64,000 nucleotides of DNA. Source: an uncultured Desulfospira sp. (lineage in GTDB: Bacteria; Desulfobacterota; Desulfobacteria; Desulfobacterales; Desulfobacteraceae). Below, in pieces: positions 1 through 8,502 of the stretch (its first letter is position 1; each line of letters begins with the position of its first letter). The notes below the pieces were generated by a model. The model did no database searches. It was not told where the DNA came from and saw only the letters and a list, made by a program, of their open reading frames with translations. The position numbers were made by a program, and so were the translations under genes. Location of the stretch: positions 1,664,001 through 1,728,000 of the forward strand of contig OY760175.1 in NCBI GenBank assembly GCA_963663165.1, read 5' to 3'.

Positions 1-860
1 CCAGCTATGTTCTGGTTAGATTTTCCATCAGCGATGAAAGCTACGTGGGCCAGGTGGGCAAAACCAGCCAGGAAAGAATGGAAAAAGCCATTGCTAAAGG
101 CTTGAGAATCAACTTGGCTTTTAAAGGATTAACCGGTGCCGCATACCTTGAAACCAATTACTTTCCCGATGAAACGGCTTCTTTAAATATCTCCTGGGAA
201 CCGGAGCATCTGTACATCCCATCCCGAAAAAGCCGGATGAAACGGCTGGAAAGCACCCTGACCGGCATTCTGGAAAACCTTTCCCAGATCAATATCAACG
301 GGATCACCAATGATCTTGAAACCCTGGTGAAAACACTGAACCAGAAACTCTCAGCCGTCCATACCGCCAGGATCTCCGATCAGGCTGAAAATCTGCTCAA
401 AGAACTGCGGCAGACCAACCAGGGGATTTCAGACACCTTAAAATCAGACCGCCTGAAGACCATTCTTGAAGATTCCCAGACCGCACTGGCATCTTTGAAA
501 ACCATATTGCAAAATGCCGGTCCTCCCATGGATTCTGGCCTTAAGGACTTTCAGGCAACCCTTGGCAATGTCAAAAACCTGACCAGTGAACTGGATGTAA
601 AACTATCCAGCCAGCTCACAGATATGGGAACCCGCATCGATACCCTGCTGGAAAGCATCAACAAAACAGCCAAAATGCTGGAAAACGTGGTCTGGCTGAA
701 TTCAGACGCTGTCAACCAGACCATTGGCAACCTTGAACAGACCTCGGAAAACCTGAAACAGCTGACCCACGAACTCATCCGGTACCCCGGCCGGCTGCTC
801 CTTGAAAAACCGCCTGAAAAATTCACCCCTGAAACCGAAACCCCAGAGGAAACCAAATGA
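1..860 (+). CDS. MCE/MlaD-family protein, 5' truncated by window edge
   Basis: Frame open from position 3; GLRINLAFKGLTGAAYLE matches the end of an MCE domain, followed by a long helical region and a PGRLL-type C-terminus; overlaps the next gene (ATGA). Confidence 0.8.
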   Translation, partial: SYVLVRFSISDESYVGQVGKTSQERMEKAIAKGLRINLAFKGLTGAAYLETNYFPDETASLNISWEPEHLYIPSRKSRMKRLESTLTGILENLSQININGITNDLETLVKTLNQKLSAVHTARISDQAENLLKELRQTNQGISDTLKSDRLKTILEDSQTALASLKTILQNAGPPMDSGLKDFQATLGNVKNLTSELDVKLSSQLTDMGTRIDTLLESINKTAKMLENVVWLNSDAVNQTIGNLEQTSENLKQLTHELIRYPGRLLLEKPPEKFTPETETPEETK

Positions 861-1480
861 CCGCCTTGCTGAAAAGATTAGAGATCAGCCTTGTTCTTAT
901 GGGCCTTTTCCTGACGGCCGCCTGTTCGGGCATTAAAACCGATTTCCAGCAGCCCAGCCAGTTCAGGCTCACCCTGTCCCCAGGCGCCCATGGCCCGGAA
1001 AACATCGGAAAAGGAGACGGGCTGCTGGTCAGGCTTTTTGACGTATCCCCTGAGTTTGACTTTGAGTCGCTAACCTACCGGGTTGCCGCAGACCGGTATG
1101 AAACCGATTTCTACAATAAATTCATGACCTCCCCCGGCCGGATGATCACCCAGGTGATCAAAGAAGGCCTGTATGCCTCCAGCCACTTTACCAGTGTCAC
1201 GGCCAATGATCCGGAAAATATCCGGTACCGCCTGCGGGGAACGGTTCTTGAGCTATACGGCGATGCCATGGTCAAAAACAGGCCAATGGCGGTCATGACC
1301 ATTCGATTCAAACTTGAAAAGCAGGATCAGGATGGATTCTCCCCTGTTGTCACCAAGACGTATTCACAACAAATCGGTTTGGAAACCCTGAACGCACAAC
1401 ATCTTATCCAGGCATGGAATCAATGCATTGAACAGATCCTGACAGACTTTTTAAAAGATACAGCAACGGCAGTCAAATAA
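857..1480 (+). CDS. ABC-type transport auxiliary lipoprotein (PqiC-like)
   Basis: Lipobox LTAAC; YETDFYNKFMTSPGRMI segment; directly follows the MCE gene. Confidence 0.75.
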   Translation: MTALLKRLEISLVLMGLFLTAACSGIKTDFQQPSQFRLTLSPGAHGPENIGKGDGLLVRLFDVSPEFDFESLTYRVAADRYETDFYNKFMTSPGRMITQVIKEGLYASSHFTSVTANDPENIRYRLRGTVLELYGDAMVKNRPMAVMTIRFKLEKQDQDGFSPVVTKTYSQQIGLETLNAQHLIQAWNQCIEQILTDFLKDTATAVK

Positions 1481-1489
1481 CGAAAACCT

Positions 1490-1614
1490 GTGTTTGGACG
1501 AAAAGCTGCCCAGATGCAAGGCGCCGAAAAAATGGCAACCGGAGCAACCTTACGGTTGTGAGGATTGCCATTTTTTCGGCAACGCAGCAGATGGATGGCT
1601 TTTCGTTCAAACAC
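1490..1614. repeat. 125-bp imperfect palindromic intergenic element (REP/MITE-like)
   Basis: Nested inverted arms GTGTTTGGACGAAAAGC/GCTTTTCGTTCAAACAC, GCCGAAAAAATGGCAA/TTGCCATTTTTTCGGC and GCAACC/GGTTGT; lies between convergent genes. Confidence 0.8.
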
Positions 1615-1617
1615 CAG

Positions 1618-2718
1618 CTATTCATCCGTGATCTGAACGTTCTTCATGGCACGATACCCCACCGGAGGCTCATAATTCCAGTCATTGGTCTGGATAATTT
1701 CCTTGCCGTTGGTGAAATTGCGCTCATACCCCATGTCAATGAGATACCGGGCCCCGGTCCCGGTATCTTCATACTTATCCTCCCCCATCAGGGTGTTGTG
1801 TTCATGTTCCTGTATCACAGATCGGGTCTGGTCCCGGCTGGCCACGATCTCATTGTCGATCCGGTTGATCTCCTGCTGCACCTTTCGCAGCTTCTCAGAA
1901 ATCTTTCTGTCCATGTCACGGATTTGGGCCTGGGTGGCGGCCACCCCTTTGGTGCATTTTTCAAATGCGGCCGAAGTCCTTGCAAGCCAGCCCGAATCCA
2001 TGCGAAAGGATGTCATCACCGCTTTGAGAACCGGCGACAGCTGGTCTGCCTTGTCTAACGGCACCCGCGCGGCCACCGTAAAGTCCGGCATCCATATGGT
2101 GCTGCTGTATACGGTAACGCTGGTGATCAGGGAGGTCCACAATTCGCCGAAACGCACTCCGCCGTGGTCATAGGCCACTTCAATGGATTGGGCAGCCATC
2201 TGCGGGGTGACCGGGTCATCGGCATGAAAGGCTTTTTGCCAGGCCAAGGCCAGGGAGGACAGCGATTTCATCTCCCCCCACTGAACGTTCCTTACACCGG
2301 CGCGTTCCGAAGGGAACACCACCTGGCGCACGTAAGCCACAGGCGACAGCACCTGGGGCATCTGGACCATCCCGTTGAGAACCTGGCCTGCCGGAATCTG
2401 GAAAACAGCTGTCCCCGGGGCCTGGGTGGCGTACATTTCCATTGGGAAATATGTGATGCCGGCCTGGGTCACCGGATCATAGATGGAAAAATAAAGTTTC
2501 TTTCCGCACCCGTCCACAACCGTCCGGATCTGGTTGGGGGCAATGTTCATGATCCCGCCCCTGACCTGCCATCCTTTGGGAACCATCACCGTAAATGCCT
2601 TTTCAGTGGTGTCCTGGTAGAGCTGGTACTGATACACAGGCCCTTTGGCCCCGGATAAAGCCGGTAAGCAAAGAATCAAAACCAGAAATAAACAATTGGC
2701 TGCAGCTATGCGTCTCAT
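1618..2718 (-). CDS. Exported hypothetical protein with C-terminal coiled coil
   Basis: ATG at 2718 preceded by GGAGGAC; signal peptide MRRIAAANCLFLVLILCLPALSGA; heptad region QIRDMDRKISEKLRKVQQEINRID. Confidence 0.75.
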   Translation of the reverse strand: MRRIAAANCLFLVLILCLPALSGAKGPVYQYQLYQDTTEKAFTVMVPKGWQVRGGIMNIAPNQIRTVVDGCGKKLYFSIYDPVTQAGITYFPMEMYATQAPGTAVFQIPAGQVLNGMVQMPQVLSPVAYVRQVVFPSERAGVRNVQWGEMKSLSSLALAWQKAFHADDPVTPQMAAQSIEVAYDHGGVRFGELWTSLITSVTVYSSTIWMPDFTVAARVPLDKADQLSPVLKAVMTSFRMDSGWLARTSAAFEKCTKGVAATQAQIRDMDRKISEKLRKVQQEINRIDNEIVASRDQTRSVIQEHEHNTLMGEDKYEDTGTGARYLIDMGYERNFTNGKEIIQTNDWNYEPPVGYRAMKNVQITDE

Positions 2719-2853
2719 TGTCCCGTCCTCCGTGTACCAAAAATGATATCCCGTCATCGTCAGTGTGGTGCGAGTGCAAGTTGACTATATGGGGTTATCC
2801 AGATCACTGTCAACCCATTTGCTCTGCAGGGTAACCGCATTGGAATATTACAC

Positions 2854-2963
2854 TTGATCTCCAATTGTGGACTTTGGACTTGGGATATGGGACTTGGGGA
2901 TTGCCGTATCCATGGCCTCCCCAAGTCCCAAGTCCCATATCCCAAGTCCCAATTTTATACATT
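2854..2963 (+). repeat. Short form of dispersed element with inverted heptamer arrays
   Basis: GATCTCCAAT, then (GGACTTG/GGATATG)n, spacer, (CCCAAGT/CCCATAT)n, then TATACATT; same ends and arrays as 11190-11549 and 46122-46489. Confidence 0.85.
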
Positions 2964-3057
2964 AAATTCACAAACGATATCAAAATATCATGCCGAATTA
3001 CAAATGCTGTTTCCCTGATTTGCTCGGCTTTCAATGGGTTGTGGGGATAAAAACATA

Positions 3058-3130
3058 GAGACCGGAAACCGGATATTGCGAATCCTTAGAGTTTACGCTT
3101 CCGGTCTGCGGCCTGCCGTCTTCCGGTCTC
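3058..3130. repeat. Inverted GA(G/A)ACCG-type heptamer array
   Basis: GAGACCGGAAACCGGA ... TTCCGGTCTGCGG...TTCCGGTCTC, just 3' of the DUF2325 gene. Confidence 0.6.
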
Positions 3131-3139
3131 CTTTCCAGC

Positions 3140-4366
3140 TTAATTCAAAATCATCTGATTCTGGCTGTCCGGGACAAACAGGGCGTTGGAAACCGCGGAC
3201 AGACTTGAGCTGCTCAGAATTTTCAATTCAATATTATGGCGCGTGCAAAGCTGTTTCACCTTAAGGCAGGCCGTGTGGCTGTTGCAGTTGACCGGACACA
3301 GGACCAGGTCCGAGCGTTTTACCCGGGCTTCAAGGTTGGCCGTGGTGTTCTTAAGGTAACCGTCATGGTAATCAAACTGCCCCCCGGCCTTTTCAATGAT
3401 ATCTTTATAATAGGCTTTCATCTTGGTGATGCCGCCGACCATGAAAACCCTTTTGGCGCAAAGCCGGTATCGTTCACAGGCTTCTTTTAAACACCGGTTA
3501 TCCTCACAGGGAAGGCCTGGGGCATGGTCCGGGTCTTCCTTGGCGGCAAACCGGCCAAAATTCTCAACCAGGGCCGTGAATTCATTTTTAAGGGTTTGAT
3601 TTTCGTTTTCCAGACTGAAGGCCTGAATCTGAAGCTTTCTTTTCTCTCTTTCCACAAGGCGATACTTTTCGTTCAGGTCCCGGAGCTTAAGTTCCAGGGA
3701 ATCCATCTGTTGTTTTAATTCGAGGACCTCCGGGCGAACATGGCATGGTGTGCCGGCCTGCTGCCCAAGCGCCCTGGCCCGGGTTTCCAGGTTCCGGTTT
3801 TCGGCTTCCAAAGCGGCCGTCCTTGCGGCATCGGCTTTTCTGATTTTAACCAGCTCCTTGATCCGGCCTTCCTTTTCCCGGACCCGCTGCTGTTCTCTGG
3901 CCAGAACTTCATTGTTTTTCACCAGCTGCTTTTGCATGTCAAACACCCGGGTCATATTGGCATGGGACAGCATGTGGACCTCGCCGTACACATCGCAAAG
4001 CAGGTCAACATCAGACTCTTTACAGGCGACGATGGCAAACATCATGGGCCCTACGTTTCCGGACTCCCTGGCCTCATCCCACAGTTGCCTTGCTTTGTTT
4101 TCATCGGCCCCGGCCACCTGGACCATGGATCTGCGGCAATTGCTTTTAATAAAATTATTGACCTTAATGGATACGGCGTTCCTGTCTGAAAGTTTCATCA
4201 TGATCTGCTGATGGTACTCATAGGGTTTGAGCCCTGAAACATCATACCCGCATTTTTCAAGAAGTGTCCGGTGTTTTTCGGCTGAAAGCATGGCCCCGAC
4301 AACCGGGCATTTAAAATGTGGTTCGATTTCCCATATGTCCATGAATCCGGATAAATCACACGCCAT
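3140..4366 (-). CDS. DUF2325 domain protein with central coiled coil
   Basis: C-terminal RVFMVGG...DYHDG...DLVLCPVNCNSHTAC signature; N-terminal FKCPVVGA; AAGGAG RBS. Confidence 0.8.
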   Translation of the reverse strand: MACDLSGFMDIWEIEPHFKCPVVGAMLSAEKHRTLLEKCGYDVSGLKPYEYHQQIMMKLSDRNAVSIKVNNFIKSNCRRSMVQVAGADENKARQLWDEARESGNVGPMMFAIVACKESDVDLLCDVYGEVHMLSHANMTRVFDMQKQLVKNNEVLAREQQRVREKEGRIKELVKIRKADAARTAALEAENRNLETRARALGQQAGTPCHVRPEVLELKQQMDSLELKLRDLNEKYRLVEREKRKLQIQAFSLENENQTLKNEFTALVENFGRFAAKEDPDHAPGLPCEDNRCLKEACERYRLCAKRVFMVGGITKMKAYYKDIIEKAGGQFDYHDGYLKNTTANLEARVKRSDLVLCPVNCNSHTACLKVKQLCTRHNIELKILSSSSLSAVSNALFVPDSQNQMILN

Positions 4367-4411
4367 TGTTTTGCTCCTTTAAAATTTAAAGCCAGACTAT
4401 AATTTTACCGG

Positions 4412-4440
4412 ACAATACAAGACAATTTATAAGATGTCAA
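4412..4440 (-). promoter_or_regulatory. sigma70-type promoter of the DUF2325 gene
   Basis: Minus strand TTGACA-17 nt-TATTGT. Confidence 0.6.
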
Positions 4441-4618
4441 TAAAAAGTTAGTGCTGACTTAGAGTTTTATATTTGTCAAAAAAACGGGCGTCAAACCATC
4501 ACTGACCCGCCAGGCAAGCCAGTGTCCTGATCCTCCCCAAGATTTCACCTTTACTTTATCCATGATTTTACATACATTCAAAACAATTTGATTTAGGACT
4601 ATTTCCACGGGAACTGCC

Positions 4619-6520
4619 ATGAGAAACCGTGCCCTGGCGGCCATGATCCTCGTTTGGACAATTATTTTTGCCCCTTTGTCCGGTGCTGGACAGCAAAAGG
4701 TCATTTATGTGGATTCCCTTCAGCCCGGATGCCAGTGGGGTGCCCAGATTTCCCGGGGGATCAGTTCGGTATTACAAAACCGATCCGATGTGGACCTGAA
4801 AATTCTCAGGATGGACATCAAAGAAAATGCGTCTGATGCGCAAAAACAAGCGGCGTCCCTTGAAGCCAGAAACACCATTGAGGCCTTTGGCCCCGATGTG
4901 GTAATTGCCTCGGGGGATACCGCCGCCAAATACCTGATCCTGCCCTACTACAAGTCAGGCCCCCTGCCCGTTGTTGTCTGCGGCATTCTCTGGGATGTGT
5001 CCGGGTTCGGGTTCCCGGCAAAGAATGTGGCCGGCGTGGTGCAGAAAATCTCTTTTGGGTCTGCCATCAAAACCCTGAAGCAATTTTCAAAAGGCGACCG
5101 GATTGGATTTATATCCGCTGACACCGGCGGCGCGCACAAAACCCTTCAATGTCTGTCCACCTTATTTGATGTTCAGTTTAATGCCCGGTTTGTCACCTCT
5201 TTTGACGAGTTCAAACATGCATTTTTAAACCTGGAAGAGGCATGTGACATGCTGCTGATCGGGCAATGCCTTTCACTTAAAGGGTATTCCCCTGGCCAGA
5301 TGACTGATTTTATCCGTATCAAGACCTGTATTCCCACCCTTTCGTTAGACAGCCGCCTGGCCGAGTATGCCCTTTTGACCTACGCCCCCACAGGAACGTT
5401 CCAGGGGAAGAAGGCGGCCCGGACCGCCCTTGGAATCCTGTCCGGCCGGCCTTTGGAAACCTTTGGCCTTATGGTGAACCAGGATACCCAGGTTTATCTG
5501 AACATGGCCCTTGCCAAAAAACTGAACATCAAATTTCCCATTGACCTCATGGAATATGCCCGGCTCACCGGCATTGAGAAAAAAAAGCTGTTTTTCATCA
5601 ACTCTTATCACCAGGGATTCTCATGGAGCGACGACATTGAAACCGGTCTTGCCAAAGCCCTGGACATACGCATCAATCCGGACCGTTCCCTGGATATGTC
5701 CCAGGCCCGGGTGGATTTAAAAATTTTCCGCATGGATACCAAGCGCAACCCGTCTGAATCATTTATTAAAGGCGCTGCCCTCAAAGCCAAAGAAATGATT
5801 GACGCCTGGCAGCCGGATATTCTGGTGGCCGGTGATGACGGTGCCGTCAAATACGTGATTGCCCCGTATTACGTTAACTCAGACTTAAACGTGGTCTTTT
5901 GCGGATTAAACGGCAAGGTGTCGGAATATGGGATATCGGCCCCCAATATCACCGGAATGGTTGAATCCGCCCCCTATGACCAGACCCTTATCCTGCTCCA
6001 AAAATTTGCCAAAGGGAACCGGGTTGCCGTCATTGGTTCAGACGCTTACTGCAACCGGAAAGAATTTGCCAAACCCGAGCGAAAACAGATCCTCCAGGAC
6101 GGGGAGATGCGGCTGGTCAATAATTATGAATCATGGAAAACCGCCTACCTGGAACTCCAGGACAAAGCCGATATGCTTGTCCTGCTGGACCTGGAAGGCA
6201 TTAAAAACTGGAACAGCCAAACCGTCAGGCAGTTTATTCTGGAGAATACCAAAATAGTGACCGGGGCCTTTTTTGATTGTGAGATCCAATATGCCCTGAT
6301 GGGATGGACCGCCATTGCCGAAGAACATGGCTGGTGGTCAGGCAAAACCGCCTTGAAAATCCTGAACGGGGCCTGCCCGGCCGACATTCCCATTACCATC
6401 AACCGGCACTCAAAACTCTATCTGAATCTGGAGCTGGCCGACCGCCTTGGCATCAAATTTCCCGTTGACCTGATGGAACAGGCCAATTTTATCCCCCCAT
6501 TGAGAAAAAAGAGACCTTAA
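4619..6520 (+). CDS. Periplasmic binding protein with two tandem ABC substrate-binding-like domains
   Basis: Signal peptide; internal duplication (VDLKILRMDIKEN vs VDLKIFRMDTKRN; YLNMALAKKLNIKFPIDLME vs YLNLELADRLGIKFPVDLME). Confidence 0.8.
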   Translation: MRNRALAAMILVWTIIFAPLSGAGQQKVIYVDSLQPGCQWGAQISRGISSVLQNRSDVDLKILRMDIKENASDAQKQAASLEARNTIEAFGPDVVIASGDTAAKYLILPYYKSGPLPVVVCGILWDVSGFGFPAKNVAGVVQKISFGSAIKTLKQFSKGDRIGFISADTGGAHKTLQCLSTLFDVQFNARFVTSFDEFKHAFLNLEEACDMLLIGQCLSLKGYSPGQMTDFIRIKTCIPTLSLDSRLAEYALLTYAPTGTFQGKKAARTALGILSGRPLETFGLMVNQDTQVYLNMALAKKLNIKFPIDLMEYARLTGIEKKKLFFINSYHQGFSWSDDIETGLAKALDIRINPDRSLDMSQARVDLKIFRMDTKRNPSESFIKGAALKAKEMIDAWQPDILVAGDDGAVKYVIAPYYVNSDLNVVFCGLNGKVSEYGISAPNITGMVESAPYDQTLILLQKFAKGNRVAVIGSDAYCNRKEFAKPERKQILQDGEMRLVNNYESWKTAYLELQDKADMLVLLDLEGIKNWNSQTVRQFILENTKIVTGAFFDCEIQYALMGWTAIAEEHGWWSGKTALKILNGACPADIPITINRHSKLYLNLELADRLGIKFPVDLMEQANFIPPLRKKRP

Positions 6521-6522
6521 AA

Positions 6523-8502
6523 TTGAAACTTTACTCCCTTACCGCCAAACTGCTTTTTTTAATTGCCTGCACCTTTATCATCACTACTGCGGCGATCCTG
6601 ATTCTGGCGGATATGGAACTGACAAGGATCATTGACGCCGGGCAAAAGGCCATTAATCAACATCGGATAACGGTCATTGCCGGGTATCTGGAGGTCACCT
6701 ACAATAAACTGTTAAAGACAGGCCTGGTGGACGCCTACGAAGCAGAGTACAAAGCACTGGCCATAGAAAACCTTCACAAATACGTCAAAGTATCGGAAAA
6801 AGACGCCATGGAAGTGTTTATCCTGGACGCCGACGGAAAAAATATTTTCAACCACCGGCTGCCCCAGGGGGAAATCGCGCCCATTGTGGCCCAGTCCAAA
6901 GGCCGGCTCATGGAAGAAAGCCACGGAGATTTTGATTACACGGCCCACGGGGAACCGCGCTGGTGTATTTTCAAACAATTTGACCCCTGGCACTGGACCA
7001 TCGGGTACACCATGCCCCTTGACCTTAAATACGCCAGCGTCAAAACCTTTTCAAAATTTTTGTTTTTCATCATGGCCGGCATCGGCCTGGCCGCTATTTT
7101 GCTTCTCTCCTTTGTAGTGGCCCGGTTCACCCGGCCCATTACCCGGTTAACCCATATTTCAATGCAAATGGCCCAGGGCGATCTGAACCAGGAAATCAAA
7201 ATCAGCAGCCGGGATGAAATCGGGGTCCTGGCCCGGTCTTTTGAGGCCATGCGCGATGCCATTGCCAGGGACATCACCCAAAGAAAAGCACATGAACTGG
7301 AATTAAAGCGCCTTCGCAATTATTTGTCCAATATCATTGATTCCATGCCCTCAATTCTCATCGGCGTGGACAAGGACGGCATGGTCACCCAGTGGAACAA
7401 AACCGCCGAAAAGACCACAGGCATAGACGAGACATCCGCTATCGGCTGTTCCCTGGCCGATGTATTTCCCAAAATGGCCGATGAAATCAGCCAGATCAAT
7501 GACAGCATCCGGTCAGGCCAGCCCAGTCAGAAAAGAAAACTGATCAGCCACCCCGAGAAAGGGACCCTTTATCAGGATATGACCATTTACCCGCTTATTG
7601 CCGACGGCGTGGAAGGCGCTGTGATCCGGGTGGATGACGTCACGGAAAAGGTCAGGCTCGAAGAGATGATGGTCCAGTCTGAAAAAATGCTTTCCGTGGG
7701 GGGGCTGGCTGCGGGCATGGCCCATGAAATCAACAATCCCCTGGCCGGCATGCTCCAGACGGCCAATGTTCTGGAAAGGCGCCTTTCCTGCAGCGAGACC
7801 CTGCCCGCTAATATCCGGGCCGCTGAAAAAAACGGGATCAGCCTGGAAAGCCTGAATGGCTACATGAATGACCGGGGCATCCCCAAAATGCTTTATGCCA
7901 TCAAGGAATCCGGCGTCAGAATGGCCGGGATTGTCCAGAACATGCTCAGTTTTTCCAGGAAAAGCGATGCTCAAATTTGCCTTTGCGCCCTTGACGAGGT
8001 CATGGATAAAACCCTGGAACTGGCTGCCACAGATTATGATATGAAAAAAGAGCATGATTTTAAGCTCATCCACATCATAAAAGAATATGAACCCGTGCCA
8101 AAGGTTCCCTGTGAGCAGGGCAAGATCCAGCAGGTGCTGCTCAATATTTTAAGAAACGGGGCCCAGGCCATGCAGGAAGCAGGCATTGCCGCACCGAGCT
8201 TTACCTTGAGAATATACCTTCAACCCATTTTAAACCTGGTCTGCATGGAAATTGAAGACAACGGGCCGGGCATGGACGAAAAGACCCGCAAGCGGATATT
8301 TGAACCTTTTTTTACGACCAAGCCCGTTGGCATCGGCACCGGCCTTGGCTTGAGCGTGTCTTATTTTATCATCAAAGAAACCCATAAAGGCGACATATGG
8401 GCGCAGTCCCATCCCGGAAAGGGGACCAAATTTTATATCTGCCTTCCGGTAAAGACGGACATAGGGAGACCGGAGATAGGAGACCGGGGGCCGGAAGCCT
8501 AA
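6523..8502 (+). CDS. Membrane sensor histidine kinase (Cache-like, HAMP, PAS, HisKA, HATPase)
   Basis: TTG start; two TM segments; HAMP RDEIGVLARSF; H-box AHEINNPL; DNGPG, FEPFFTTK, GTGLGL. Confidence 0.9.
   Translation: MKLYSLTAKLLFLIACTFIITTAAILILADMELTRIIDAGQKAINQHRITVIAGYLEVTYNKLLKTGLVDAYEAEYKALAIENLHKYVKVSEKDAMEVFILDADGKNIFNHRLPQGEIAPIVAQSKGRLMEESHGDFDYTAHGEPRWCIFKQFDPWHWTIGYTMPLDLKYASVKTFSKFLFFIMAGIGLAAILLLSFVVARFTRPITRLTHISMQMAQGDLNQEIKISSRDEIGVLARSFEAMRDAIARDITQRKAHELELKRLRNYLSNIIDSMPSILIGVDKDGMVTQWNKTAEKTTGIDETSAIGCSLADVFPKMADEISQINDSIRSGQPSQKRKLISHPEKGTLYQDMTIYPLIADGVEGAVIRVDDVTEKVRLEEMMVQSEKMLSVGGLAAGMAHEINNPLAGMLQTANVLERRLSCSETLPANIRAAEKNGISLESLNGYMNDRGIPKMLYAIKESGVRMAGIVQNMLSFSRKSDAQICLCALDEVMDKTLELAATDYDMKKEHDFKLIHIIKEYEPVPKVPCEQGKIQQVLLNILRNGAQAMQEAGIAAPSFTLRIYLQPILNLVCMEIEDNGPGMDEKTRKRIFEPFFTTKPVGIGTGLGLSVSYFIIKETHKGDIWAQSHPGKGTKFYICLPVKTDIGRPEIGDRGPEA

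Noticed and set aside
2760..3050. Short ORFs overlapping repeat elements (also 11385-11579, 16538-16741, 46276-46616, 59763-60098)
   Set aside because: Low-complexity translations of heptamer or hexamer arrays.
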